64,000 nt of DNA from Eubacteriales bacterium (GCA_045533505.1 JAZSHY010000024.1:72695-136694), one strand, 5' to 3'. Counted from the first letter of the stretch, positions 19,104 to 28,914 are shown. Program-made: numbers and translations. Notes: generated by a model not told the origin, from the letters alone.

Positions 19104-19960
19104 TGAGGTTTGTAAAGCGTCTTTTCCCGTTATCCATCTGCCTTGCCCTCCTTGCGTGCCTGACCTCGTGTGGCCCAAGTCCGTTTTCCACCGCCCGTGA
19201 AGGGGAAACGTATGTTTCGTTTTTCGATGTGGGGCAAGCCGATTGCGCCCTTGTTCGCACACAGGATTCCGTGATTCTCGTGGATACGGGTGACGGGGAT
19301 GCGGCAAAAACCGCACGGATAGTACGTAGCTTGCGCCGTGCGGGAATCCGCACCATTGACTGTCTTGTTTTGACGCATCCGCATACCGACCATATTGGCG
19401 GAGCTGTCACCATTCTTTCCGAATTTGAGGTCAGAGAATGTCTTATGCCAAACTCTACATCAGAGAGCTCGGTATTTACAAGTCTCCTTGCCGCTTTGGC
19501 TCAGGAGAGATGTGCGGTACGGGAGGCATACCGGGGGAGAACGGTGAAATATGGCAGTATTCTTCTTGAAATTCTTGCTCCGTCTCTCTATTCTGCCGAA
19601 ACCGAGAATTCCGACTGTGTTGTTTTTCGCCTCGTGAGCCAGGAGCTTAGGATCCTTTTTGCATCTGATGCTGAGGCAGCCAACGAGGAGGAATTGCTTG
19701 CCCTTTACGAGAAAGAGCTCCGCGCTGATATTTTGAAGGTGGGGCATCATGGCTCCTATACCTCTACGACGGAGGCGTTCCTTCTGGCAGTTTCTCCCTC
19801 CTATGCGGTGATTTCGTGCGCACAGGGGGACACCTATGAGTCTCCCCATATCTCCGTCTTAGAAAGACTCCAAGCGGCGGGGGTAGCCACTCTCCGCACC
19901 GACCTTGAGGGCACGGTTTCCTTTTACGTTCTCCGCGGTGTTATAGAACCGTTAACTTAA
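19103..19960 (+). CDS. lipoprotein with a ComEC-type MBL (beta-lactamase-fold) domain
   Basis: Signal peptide with lipobox LTSC. HPHTDHIGG metal motif and a later GHHGS. Resembles the C-terminal domain of ComEC/Rec2. Start overlaps the recR stop (TGATG). Confidence 0.65.
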   Translation: MRFVKRLFPLSICLALLACLTSCGPSPFSTAREGETYVSFFDVGQADCALVRTQDSVILVDTGDGDAAKTARIVRSLRRAGIRTIDCLVLTHPHTDHIGGAVTILSEFEVRECLMPNSTSESSVFTSLLAALAQERCAVREAYRGRTVKYGSILLEILAPSLYSAETENSDCVVFRLVSQELRILFASDAEAANEEELLALYEKELRADILKVGHHGSYTSTTEAFLLAVSPSYAVISCAQGDTYESPHISVLERLQAAGVATLRTDLEGTVSFYVLRGVIEPLT

Positions 19961-19970
19961 TAACAATAGC

Positions 19971-20015
19971 AAAAGCAAAGTGCCGCCCGTCAAACGGGCG
20001 GCACTTTGCTTTTTT
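19971..20015. terminator. bidirectional hairpin terminator (MBL gene / spo0A convergent)
   Basis: AAAAGCAAAGTGCCGCCCGT / ACGGGCGGCACTTTGCTTTT, a perfect long stem with A and T flanks. Confidence 0.8.
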
Positions 20016-20020
20016 ATTTT

Positions 20021-20800
20021 TTAATAGAGCTTGTATTTTAATCGCAGATTATCCGCAATCATCGCGATAAATTCCGAATTTGTTGGCTTGCCTCTGCTGT
20101 TTTGGATGGTATAGCCGAAATACGAATTTAGGGTGTCAATGTCTCCTCTGTCCCATGCCACCTCGATGGCGTGACGGATGGCACGCTCCACACGCGAGGT
20201 GGTGGTTTGATATTTTTTTGCAACGGAAGGGTAGAGCACCTTTGTGACGGAATTGATGATTTCGTTGTCCCTAATGGTCATAAGAATGGCCGTGCGCAGA
20301 TATTGATACCCCTTGATATGGGCGGGAATGCCTATTTGATGAATGATTTTGGTTACCTGTGTTTCCATTTCGTGGCGTTCCTCTGTATCCTCGGCAGGCA
20401 ATTCCCCCTTCGTCTCGGCACGCCGTGCTTCTATCACGTCGATTTCTCGAATCAAAGCTTGACAATCATATGGCTTCAGGAAGCAATAGTCGGCTCCCGC
20501 CTTGGTTGCCTCCACAAAGATATTTTGATTGGAAATGAGTGAAACCAAAATGAAAATAGGTGTGCCATTGGCATAGCGCAAGCCCTTTGCGCTGCGGATG
20601 ACGCCGATCCCGTCCATTCGGGAGAGCCAGAGATCAACGATTACCACATCGGGCATGGTACGGTCTATTTTGAGGAGAGCCTCTTCTCCGTTGGTCGCTT
20701 CCTCAATAAGTCGGTATCCTGCTTTTTGCAAATTTTCGCGCAGTGCTCTGCGTTGGTCAGCGTTTTCGTCGGCAATTAGGATTTTCTTGCTTCTTTCCAT
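20021..20800 (-). CDS. spo0A: sporulation master regulator Spo0A
   Basis: REC domain ([22 protein letters not shown]) plus the Spo0A-specific C-terminal DNA-binding region ([17 protein letters not shown]). Confidence 0.9.
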   Translation of the reverse strand: MERSKKILIADENADQRRALRENLQKAGYRLIEEATNGEEALLKIDRTMPDVVIVDLWLSRMDGIGVIRSAKGLRYANGTPIFILVSLISNQNIFVEATKAGADYCFLKPYDCQALIREIDVIEARRAETKGELPAEDTEERHEMETQVTKIIHQIGIPAHIKGYQYLRTAILMTIRDNEIINSVTKVLYPSVAKKYQTTTSRVERAIRHAIEVAWDRGDIDTLNSYFGYTIQNSRGKPTNSEFIAMIADNLRLKYKLY

Positions 20801-20844
20801 AGGTAAATATCTCCTTAATTTTATTGTTTTTACTTACTAACCAT

Positions 20845-20873
20845 ATTTTACCATACTTAGGAGAAAAATTCAA
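20845..20873 (-). promoter_or_regulatory. sigma-A type promoter upstream of spo0A
   Basis: On the minus strand: TTGAAT, 17-nt spacer, TAAAAT, about 45 nt upstream of the ATG. Confidence 0.45.
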
Positions 20874-21055
20874 CACTTTTTTGCACCATAAAATGCCAAA
20901 AATAAAGGGCGGAATATGTAAGAAATGACCAAAAAAGAAAAATAAAGAGTCCTCACCTGTAAAAAAATCGAAAAAAACAAAGAAAGCTTGTAAAAAAGGA
21001 GGGAATATTAACGCATTGTAAAAAGAGAGGAAGAAAAAGCAAAAAGTTTACTTTT

Positions 21056-21084
21056 TTGACTTGCAAAAGGGCGAAAAGTATGAT
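21056..21084 (+). promoter_or_regulatory. sigma-A type promoter upstream of the PEPCK gene
   Basis: TTGACT, 17-nt spacer, TATGAT. Confidence 0.5.
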
Positions 21085-21135
21085 AAAATGATAAACGAGG
21101 AAGATTGCAATTTCATGTTAAGGAAGGAATTAACT

Positions 21136-22920
21136 ATGACTAAAAATCAGTTTGTAACCAAATGGATTGACGAAATGGCTGCCATGACTCAGCCGGATGC
21201 GATTGTTTGGATTGATGGCAGTGAAGAGCAGGCAGAGATGCTGCGTGCCGAAGCATGCTCAACGGGTGAATTGATTAAGCTGAACGAGGAGCTCCTTCCC
21301 AACTGCTATCTGCATCGCACCGCTGTGAACGATGTGGCTCGTGTAGAGGGAAGAACCTATATCTGCACTCCTACCAAGGAGGAGGCCGGCAACATCAATA
21401 ACTGGATGGAGCCTTCTGAAATGTATGCCAAGCTGAAAAAACTTTACCGTGGCTCGATGAAGGGGCGTACTATGTACGTTATTCCTTACTCCATGGGCGT
21501 TGTGGGCTCCGATTTTGCCAAGTACGGTATTGAGCTTACCGACTCTATTTACGTCGTTTTGAATATGCTCATTATGACTCGCGTTGGAACCGATGTTTTG
21601 GAGGCTCTCGGTGATAGCCCCGACTACATCAAGGGCTTGCACGCTCGTGCCGATATCGACGAGGAAAACCGCTACATTACCCACTTCCCTCAGGACAACA
21701 CCATCATGTCGGTGAACTCCGGTTACGGTGGAAACGTTCTTCTCGGCAAGAAGTGCTTCGCGCTCCGCATTGCTTCGTATCTTGGCCGCAAGGAAGGCTG
21801 GATGGCCGAGCACATGCTGATTCTTGGCGTGAAATATCCGAATGGTGAGAAGAAGTATATTACGGCTGCCTTCCCGTCTGCTTGCGGCAAGACCAATCTT
21901 GCTATGCTGATTCCTCCCTCAATTTATAAGAAGGAGGGGTATGAGGTTGAGTGTGTCGGCGATGATATCGCATGGCTTCGCATCGGTGAAGACGGACGTC
22001 TTTGGGCCGTCAACCCTGAAAACGGCTTCTTCGGCGTAGCCCCCGGCACAAACGAAAAGTCCAACCCGAATGCCTTGGCTACCACCATGCGCGACACCAT
22101 CTTTACCAACGTTGTCCATGATACCAAGAACAATACCGTTTGGTGGGAGGGCCTTAACGACGCGCCTCCTGCTCCCGGAAACGCCATTGACTGGAAGGGC
22201 AATCCTTGGGACTGCACTAAGTATGACAAGAAGGATAAATCCACCTGCGGTGCCCATCCCAACTCCCGCTTTACTGCTCTTGCAGCCAACTGCCCCTGCA
22301 TTTCTCCCGAGTTCAACAGCCTTCGCGGCGTTCCGGTTTCGGCCATTGTATTCGGTGGCCGCCGCGCTAAGACCGCCCCGCTGGTATACCAGTCCTTTAA
22401 CTGGCAGCACGGTGCTTTCGTAGGCTCCATTATGGCCTCGGAAACCACAGCGGCTGCGGCAGGTGCTGTGGGCGTTGTTCGCCGCGACCCGATGGCCATG
22501 CGTCCTTTCGTTGGTTACAATATGGGTGACTACTGGCAGCACTGGCTCGATATGGGCAAGAAAATCCCGAATCCTCCTATGATTTTCCACGTCAACTGGT
22601 TCCGTACCGATGACGAAGGGCATTTCATTTGGCCCGGATTTGGTGACAATATGCGTGTCCTCCTTTGGATTCTGGCCCGTTGTGAGGGCAAGGTTGAGGC
22701 TCGCGAAACCGCAATCGGTTATGTTCCGAATCCCTCTGACATCAATGTGGATGGCCTTGATATCACAACCGAAACCATTTCCGACCTTCTCTCGGTGGAC
22801 AATGCCTCATGGCTTGCCGACGTGGAAAACATTAAGGAATTCTACGCGCAGGTCGGTGACCGCGTGCCCGCCATCATGTACGAGGAGCTTGCTGCTCTTG
22901 AAGCACGCCTCTCGAAATAA
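21136..22920 (+). CDS. pck: phosphoenolpyruvate carboxykinase (GTP-dependent type)
   Basis: FPSACGKTN P-loop, GDDIAW, and a length of about 594 aa typical of GTP-PEPCK. ATG 21136 follows AAGGAAGGA. Confidence 0.9.
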   Translation: MTKNQFVTKWIDEMAAMTQPDAIVWIDGSEEQAEMLRAEACSTGELIKLNEELLPNCYLHRTAVNDVARVEGRTYICTPTKEEAGNINNWMEPSEMYAKLKKLYRGSMKGRTMYVIPYSMGVVGSDFAKYGIELTDSIYVVLNMLIMTRVGTDVLEALGDSPDYIKGLHARADIDEENRYITHFPQDNTIMSVNSGYGGNVLLGKKCFALRIASYLGRKEGWMAEHMLILGVKYPNGEKKYITAAFPSACGKTNLAMLIPPSIYKKEGYEVECVGDDIAWLRIGEDGRLWAVNPENGFFGVAPGTNEKSNPNALATTMRDTIFTNVVHDTKNNTVWWEGLNDAPPAPGNAIDWKGNPWDCTKYDKKDKSTCGAHPNSRFTALAANCPCISPEFNSLRGVPVSAIVFGGRRAKTAPLVYQSFNWQHGAFVGSIMASETTAAAAGAVGVVRRDPMAMRPFVGYNMGDYWQHWLDMGKKIPNPPMIFHVNWFRTDDEGHFIWPGFGDNMRVLLWILARCEGKVEARETAIGYVPNPSDINVDGLDITTETISDLLSVDNASWLADVENIKEFYAQVGDRVPAIMYEELAALEARLSK

Positions 22921-22927
22921 AAGAAAA

Positions 22928-22963
22928 CAAAAACTCCCCCGTCCCAACGGGGGAGTTTTTTTC
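22928..22963. terminator. bidirectional hairpin terminator
   Basis: ACTCCCCCG / CGGGGGAGT stem with an A-run and a T-run on the flanks. Confidence 0.75.
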
Positions 22964-22981
22964 TTAGCTTTCGGTGCAAAA

Positions 22982-23794
22982 TCAGGCTTTCTTTTCAAAC
23001 ATCGCTTTTTCCACGCCGCAAATGGGGCATTTGAAATCCTCCGGGAGCTCCGAGAAGGGTGTGTTCGGAGGAATTCCCTCCGAAGAGATACCCAAGCCCT
23101 CCTTATATTCGTACCCACAAATGCCGCAACGGTAAATACCGCCGTCCTCTTTTTCTTCTGCCTCGGTGCTAAGCTCTGCTTTTTCGAAATCCGAAGCACC
23201 GTGCTTACAAATAGGACATATAAAGTCGTCCGGGATAGTATCGCCGTAATGAACATATCCGCAAATCCTGCAAACATATCCGGTTTCCTTTTTGGCAGTC
23301 GGCTTTGGCTTTACATTGGCGTGATAGTAGGCATAGCTCATCGGCTCATCGCTGCTTACGACGCCCGCCTCCTCAACCTCGCCAATAAAGAGAGTGTGCG
23401 TACCAAGGTCATAGGATGCCTCCACACGAAGCGAAAAATAGGCCGACACGCAATCGGTAAGCAGGGGAAGGCCGTTCTTTGAGCGTTCCTTCACTCCGTT
23501 CGGAAATTTGTTTTTGTCTTTGCCGGAGGCAAAGCCATAGTCACGGAAAAGAGAGAAGGGGGCCTTTACCGAAAGGCAGTGCAAATTCAGTGCTCCGCTT
23601 TCCCGAATCATGGCGTGAGAGAAATTCGATTGATTCACAGCAACGGCAATGCGACAAGGGGTGCTTGTCACCTGTATAACCGCATTTACAATACAGGCAT
23701 TGTCGCGTTCACCAAGGCGGCTTGTGAGAAGATACAACCCGTAACCAATGCGGTGCAACGCGCGGGAATCCAAGGTTTTTTCGGCATCAGACAT
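22982..23794 (-). CDS. flavin reductase-like domain fused to two rubredoxin-type domains (high-molecular-weight rubredoxin-like)
   Basis: N-terminal FMN-binding split-barrel-like region. It is followed by YVCRICGY...CPICKHG and YRCGICGY...CPICGVEK, two CxxC...CxxC rubredoxin knuckle pairs. Confidence 0.7.
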   Translation of the reverse strand: MSDAEKTLDSRALHRIGYGLYLLTSRLGERDNACIVNAVIQVTSTPCRIAVAVNQSNFSHAMIRESGALNLHCLSVKAPFSLFRDYGFASGKDKNKFPNGVKERSKNGLPLLTDCVSAYFSLRVEASYDLGTHTLFIGEVEEAGVVSSDEPMSYAYYHANVKPKPTAKKETGYVCRICGYVHYGDTIPDDFICPICKHGASDFEKAELSTEAEEKEDGGIYRCGICGYEYKEGLGISSEGIPPNTPFSELPEDFKCPICGVEKAMFEKKA

Positions 23795-23830
23795 AGCAGA
23801 ACTCCTTATAATGTGTGTTTTGATTGGATT

Positions 23831-24820
23831 TCAGGGATGATAGGTGATTTCGTTGGGAGACGGCGAACCGTTTTTGAGTGCTATGAGATTTTCCATTGTG
23901 GTGGAGGCGATGCTTTCCAAGGCCTCTTCGGTAAGAAATGCCTGATGTGAGGTTACAATCACATTGGGCATGGAAATCAGGCGGGCAAGAATATCATCAT
24001 CCAGAATATGTCCCGAAAAGTCTTCAAAAAAGAGTTCTTCCTCTTCTTCATATACATCAAGGCAAGCGGCACCCACGTGGCGCGCTTTGATGGAGGCAAG
24101 GAGGGCCTCGGCATCCACAAGGGCTCCTCTTGACGTGTTGAGGAGTATGACACCGCGCTTGCATTGTGCCAACGCGTGCTCATCAATGAGATGGTGGGTT
24201 TGCTCAGTAAGCGGACAGTGCAGAGAAATCACGTCACTCTCGCGGAAAAGCTCGTCGAGCTCACAGAATCTGACCCCCTCGCAATCGTGGCTTGCGTACT
24301 TATCATGCGCCAGAATCTTCATGCCGAAGCCTCGGCATATATTGCAAAAAATCCTGCCTATGCGCCCCATGCCGATAATGCCAACGGTTTTTCCGTACAG
24401 GCCTATTCCCGTCATGCCCACAAGGCTGAAATTAAAATCACGGGTTCGGTTGTACGCCTTATGGATGCGACGAATCGAGGTAAGCAGAAGTGCCATCGTA
24501 TGCTCGGCCACGGCGTGAGGGGAATAAGAGGGAACATGAAAAACGCGGATTTTTCCCATCGCGTGCTCCATAGCTACGTGATTGAAGCCCGCACAGCGAA
24601 GTGCAATGGCGCGTACTCCGAGAGAAACAAGGCGGTCTATCACCGTAGCATTCAGGGTGTCATTGACAAAAACACATACGGCATCGGCACCCTCGGCAAG
24701 CGAGACGGTATCCGGAGTAAGCTTGGATTCGAAAAACTTTATAGCAACTCCCTCTTGCTCCGCATAGCGCGAGAAGGAAGAAACATCGTATGGCTTAGTA
24801 TCAAAAAAAGCAATATTCAA
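23831..24820 (-). CDS. ldhA: D-isomer-specific 2-hydroxyacid dehydrogenase (D-lactate dehydrogenase-like)
   Basis: NAD loop GIIGMGRIGR, then NTSRGALVD and VIVTSHQAF (the R/E/H catalytic set region). 329 aa. Confidence 0.8.
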   Translation of the reverse strand: MNIAFFDTKPYDVSSFSRYAEQEGVAIKFFESKLTPDTVSLAEGADAVCVFVNDTLNATVIDRLVSLGVRAIALRCAGFNHVAMEHAMGKIRVFHVPSYSPHAVAEHTMALLLTSIRRIHKAYNRTRDFNFSLVGMTGIGLYGKTVGIIGMGRIGRIFCNICRGFGMKILAHDKYASHDCEGVRFCELDELFRESDVISLHCPLTEQTHHLIDEHALAQCKRGVILLNTSRGALVDAEALLASIKARHVGAACLDVYEEEEELFFEDFSGHILDDDILARLISMPNVIVTSHQAFLTEEALESIASTTMENLIALKNGSPSPNEITYHP

Positions 24821-24926
24821 AGCGACCTCCCAAAAAACAGAATAGGAAAAAGCATCCCCCTCTTAGTATAACTCTTTTTTTATGAAGTAGCAAGACTTTT
24901 TTCAAAATAGTGGGGGAAAAGAAAAA

Positions 24927-25823
24927 TCAGAAAAAGAGAATGGCACAGCCCATTGCCAAAATCCCCCCGAGCAGCTTCCGTTTATAAAGCGGGGTTATCG
25001 GAATTGACCTCGGGGCTAAAAAGAGCGCGCTTTGTAAAAGGACCGAAAACCCCGAGAAGGAAAGCGAAAAGGCGATAAGCGGTATGCCAAGCTCATACGG
25101 CATACCGGCGCTTACAACCGCCGCGGAGCCTACCTCTAAAAAGGCGGTCAGAAATGCGGCGACAAAAGGGGGAAGAAAGCTTCCCAAAAAGGAGGATGTA
25201 GCTGAGAAAAAGACGACGGTCCCCACAATTCCCAGCATGGAAAGCGATGCCTCGTAAAAGGCCGAGCCAAGAGAAGAAAGCGACGGCGGAGCGGGAGGGG
25301 GTAGGCTTGAAGAGTTAGCGGGGTATCTCCGGGCCGAAAGCGCCCCCAAAAGAATAGAAAGAAGAATTTGAAGGGCATATAAGCTCCAGCCGAGCCCGAT
25401 GTTATGATAAAGCGCTCCGCCGATGACGGCCACGGCGAAGGCAGGGCCGCAGTTCCCGGATAAAGCGGCAAGCCTCGCCGCCTCTTCGCGCGTGAGGCAA
25501 CCGTTGTCATACAGTTCAGCCACGGTTTTTACACCGATGGGAAAGCCGCAAATCGCCCCGAGAAAAAACGGAAGAAGACCGACCTCCGGTAGGCGGAACA
25601 TACGGGAAAATGATTTGCCAAGCGGCAAAGAAACTCCGGCAGCGGCAACGGTCAGAATGTGTGAAAGCACAAGATAGGGGAAAAGCGAAGGAAGAATGCT
25701 TTTTACCGCCATGTGCAAAGCATCGTCTGTGCTCCTGAGCAAAAGCTCACTTCGCATCAAAAAGAGGATGAGCACAGAAAGTGCTCCCGCAAAAAAGAGA
25801 TATCTTGTTTTTCTTGACTGCAT
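24927..25823 (-). CDS. polytopic membrane protein, YlbJ-like / nucleoside-recognition (Gate) domain
   Basis: 298 aa and highly hydrophobic. The N-terminal pattern (AVKSILPSLFPYLVLS) is reminiscent of sporulation membrane protein YlbJ. Weak call. Confidence 0.4.
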   Translation of the reverse strand: MQSRKTRYLFFAGALSVLILFLMRSELLLRSTDDALHMAVKSILPSLFPYLVLSHILTVAAAGVSLPLGKSFSRMFRLPEVGLLPFFLGAICGFPIGVKTVAELYDNGCLTREEAARLAALSGNCGPAFAVAVIGGALYHNIGLGWSLYALQILLSILLGALSARRYPANSSSLPPPAPPSLSSLGSAFYEASLSMLGIVGTVVFFSATSSFLGSFLPPFVAAFLTAFLEVGSAAVVSAGMPYELGIPLIAFSLSFSGFSVLLQSALFLAPRSIPITPLYKRKLLGGILAMGCAILFF

Positions 25824-25880
25824 TTTATTACCTCCCGCTTCATACTATACATATAGCAAAACAATGCGAGTATAGAACCG

Positions 25881-26198
25881 ATGGAGAAGCCTATGAAGCA
25901 TGAAAGAAAGAGACCGCTCGGCTCATGGTGGAGGAGGGAGGCATTGCAGACGCTTCCCGTTCCCTCATGCGGAGGGTATCGACTGGAAATAACGGGAGAT
26001 AAGGGAGAGGAGAGTCTTTTCATCTCCGGTGTAAAGCGAATTCTTGTGTGTACCGACGATGAGGTGTTGCTTGCACTTCCGCACACAAGGCTTTTGCTTT
26101 TGGGGGAAGGTCTCGTCCTTTTGACCTATGAGGGAGGCATGCTGGAGGTAAGAGGGAGGCTTAAGGAGCTTTCCTTTGGAGGTAAGGGCGCAGAATGA
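25881..26198 (+). CDS. yqfC: YabP/YqfC-family sporulation protein
   Basis: About 100 aa, immediately upstream of and overlapping yqfD, in the B. subtilis-like order yqfC-yqfD-phoH-ybeY-era-recO. Confidence 0.6.
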   Translation: MEKPMKHERKRPLGSWWRREALQTLPVPSCGGYRLEITGDKGEESLFISGVKRILVCTDDEVLLALPHTRLLLLGEGLVLLTYEGGMLEVRGRLKELSFGGKGAE

Positions 26199-27367
26199 AA
26201 TGGCTGTATTCTTATTTATTGGGATATGTGGATTTTTCCTTTAGGCGCGAGAGTAAGGCGTATCTTTTGGACGTCCTTTTGCAGAAGGGCATCGGCTGTA
26301 TTTTTTGCCGTATGCACGGCGATGTGGGCTACATACGCTTGCAACGCCGCGATGCGGCGAAAATAGGGGAGGATATGCCTTGGGAGCTTTTGCGGACGGG
26401 CGGCCTTCTTTCCGGGATACAGGCCTTTATCGGAAGGCCCGGTCTTTTGATTGGCTGTATTTTGGGGATTTTACTTCTCGTCGCCTCCTCCTTTACCATT
26501 TGGCGTGTGGAAGTCGAGGGCAATGCCAAAATCGGAAGCAGCGAGATTGAGGCGGGGCTTGCGAAGGCAGGGCTTTCTGTGGGGGACCTTTCGCCCTTTG
26601 TGGATACGGCGGCAGTTCGCGCGCGCTTTTTAAGAGATAACCCCGAAATAGCTTGGCTTGGCCTGTATATTCGGGGTACTACCGTCGCGGTGGAGGTCCG
26701 AGAAATAAGCGCGGAGGCTCCGAAGGAGGAGGAACGTGGGCTTTACAATCTTGTGGCCTCCCACGATGCGGTGATTGAAAGCATTCGGGTAGATTCAGGG
26801 CGGGCAACCGTTTCCATAGGGCAGACGGTTCGGGCAGGCGAGCTTTTGGTGAGTGGAATTTACAAAACGGCGGAAGGGCTTTCTGTGGTGCCCGCCGCAG
26901 GCGAGATCTATGGCAAAAGAGAAGATACCTTTGAGGTTCTGCAACCAAAATTCAGGGACGAGAAGCAACCCGAAAAGGCGAGGTTATGCAGCTTTTCGCT
27001 TACTTTCTTCCAAAAAGATATAAAACTTTTCCAAAAAAACCGCCACATTGCGGAAAAATATGATATAATAAAAAGAAAGGAGCAAATCGTTCTTTTTAAT
27101 CGGATTGCCCTTCCTATCTACTATACCCGCGAATATTGTGTTCCCTATACGGAAAATCGCCGTCCGCTTACCGAGGAAGAGATGGTGAAGGCTGCCTTCT
27201 CGCGGATGAAGGGGATTCTTTCCGAGGCATTGACCGACTCACAGCTTTTGCGCAAGGAGCTTGTCGGTGAGTTTACCGAGGAGGGATATCTTTTGCGGTG
27301 CCATGCCGAATTTGTTACGGAAATTTCGCTTCCGCAAGAATTTTTTTGGGAAGAAAACGGAGGATGA
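26195..27367 (+). CDS. yqfD: sporulation protein YqfD
   Basis: 390 aa with a central TM segment. Position and size match stage IV protein YqfD. Confidence 0.7.
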   Translation: MKWLYSYLLGYVDFSFRRESKAYLLDVLLQKGIGCIFCRMHGDVGYIRLQRRDAAKIGEDMPWELLRTGGLLSGIQAFIGRPGLLIGCILGILLLVASSFTIWRVEVEGNAKIGSSEIEAGLAKAGLSVGDLSPFVDTAAVRARFLRDNPEIAWLGLYIRGTTVAVEVREISAEAPKEEERGLYNLVASHDAVIESIRVDSGRATVSIGQTVRAGELLVSGIYKTAEGLSVVPAAGEIYGKREDTFEVLQPKFRDEKQPEKARLCSFSLTFFQKDIKLFQKNRHIAEKYDIIKRKEQIVLFNRIALPIYYTREYCVPYTENRRPLTEEEMVKAAFSRMKGILSEALTDSQLLRKELVGEFTEEGYLLRCHAEFVTEISLPQEFFWEENGG

Positions 27368-27373
27368 GCAGGA

Positions 27374-28396
27374 ATGCCGGAAAAGCTTGTTTGTATTCGA
27401 AACGGTGCAACAACATCGGCCATCTTTGGGACGGGAGACAAAAACGTTTCTCATATTGAGAATAAGTTTTCCGTGCGCCTTGAAGCCTGTCGGGGTGGCG
27501 GCGACACGGGCGAGGTTATCCTTGTGACGGGAGAAAACGACGTTTTAGTTGACCGCGCCGCGTTGGTTATCGAATACCTTTCCCGTATGGTGTTGGCCGG
27601 GGACCATCTTGCGGACCAAACGGTGGATTATGTCATTGAAAGCATCGGTGCCGGCACCCATGAGGATTTGGATATGCTTGACGGCGCCGTGATAGCCATT
27701 ACCAGCCGCGGCAAGCCTATCCGCCCAAAGACGGCGGGGCAGAGACGGTATGTAGAGGCAATACGAAAAAATACGGTCACCTTCGGCCTTGGCCCTGCGG
27801 GAACCGGCAAAACCTTTTTAGCTGTGGCTATGGCAGTGGAGGCCCTGCGCGACAAGCAAGTGGATCGCGTGATTTTAACGAGGCCTGCCGTGGAGGCAGG
27901 GGAGCGCCTTGGCTTCCTTCCCGGGGATTTACAGAGCAAGATAGACCCCTATCTCCGTCCCCTTTATGACGCGCTGTTTGAGATGCTGGGGGCAGAGAAC
28001 TACAATCGGCAGCTGGAAAAGGGGGCTATCGAGATTGCTCCGCTTGCCTATATGCGCGGGCGTACGCTCGACGATGCCTATATTATTCTTGACGAAGCGC
28101 AGAACACAACGGTGGAGCAGATGAAAATGTTTCTTACCCGCCTGGGCCACAATTCGCGCATGGTGGTGACAGGAGATCCTTCACAGACAGACCTCCCCGA
28201 TGGCAAACGAAGCGGTCTTTCGGTTGCGGAGCGCATTTTGCACGGTATTGACGGTATCGCCATACATCGTTTTACCGAGCGTGACGTAGTGCGTCACCGC
28301 TTGGTACAAAATATTATTCGTGCCTACGAGGAGTATGGGCAGAAGGAACGGGAACGCTTGCGGACAAGGCCGTTTACCGTGAAAAAAACAAAGTGA
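27374..28396 (+). CDS. phoH: PhoH-family ATPase
   Basis: Walker A GPAGTGKT, Walker B IILDEAQN, and an N-terminal KH-like extension. Confidence 0.9.
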   Translation: MPEKLVCIRNGATTSAIFGTGDKNVSHIENKFSVRLEACRGGGDTGEVILVTGENDVLVDRAALVIEYLSRMVLAGDHLADQTVDYVIESIGAGTHEDLDMLDGAVIAITSRGKPIRPKTAGQRRYVEAIRKNTVTFGLGPAGTGKTFLAVAMAVEALRDKQVDRVILTRPAVEAGERLGFLPGDLQSKIDPYLRPLYDALFEMLGAENYNRQLEKGAIEIAPLAYMRGRTLDDAYIILDEAQNTTVEQMKMFLTRLGHNSRMVVTGDPSQTDLPDGKRSGLSVAERILHGIDGIAIHRFTERDVVRHRLVQNIIRAYEEYGQKERERLRTRPFTVKKTK

Positions 28397-28407
28397 GGAC
28401 AAGCCGT

Positions 28408-28914
28408 ATGAAATCAATCACACACGAAGCCCCGAAGGGCCCTCGCCTTTACATTGATTTTGCCACAGAGGGCAAGGGAGTTCTTTTGGATTATGCGACC
28501 AAAATGCTGATACGCTCGGCGATTGCCGAAACGCTTTTTTATGAAAGGATTTTCTTTGATACCGAGGTTTCGGTCACGCTTTGCGACAACGAAACCATTC
28601 GGACGTTGAACAGGAAATTCCGCGATAAGAATACGGCAACCGACGTTCTTTCATTCCCCATGTACGATGCGGGGGAGCTGCCGAAGGGAACCGATGCCGA
28701 CGGCGCAACGGTGCTTCTCGGCGATATCGTTCTCTCCTTCGAGCGCGCCCGTGAGCAAGCGGCGGAGCTCGGGCATTCTACGGAGCGCGAGATCGCCTTC
28801 CTGGCGATTCATTCCACGCTCCACCTTTTGGGGTATGACCATGAGTTTGGGAAGGTGGAGGACGAGGATATGTGTTGCCGTCAGCGCGATATTATAGGAA
28901 AGCTTGGACTTTGA
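28408..28914 (+). CDS. ybeY: rRNA maturation endoribonuclease YbeY
   Basis: Zinc motif HSTLHLLGYDH. ATG 28408 follows GAGGA. The track ORF begins at GTG 28393. Confidence 0.85.
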   Translation: MKSITHEAPKGPRLYIDFATEGKGVLLDYATKMLIRSAIAETLFYERIFFDTEVSVTLCDNETIRTLNRKFRDKNTATDVLSFPMYDAGELPKGTDADGATVLLGDIVLSFERAREQAAELGHSTEREIAFLAIHSTLHLLGYDHEFGKVEDEDMCCRQRDIIGKLGL

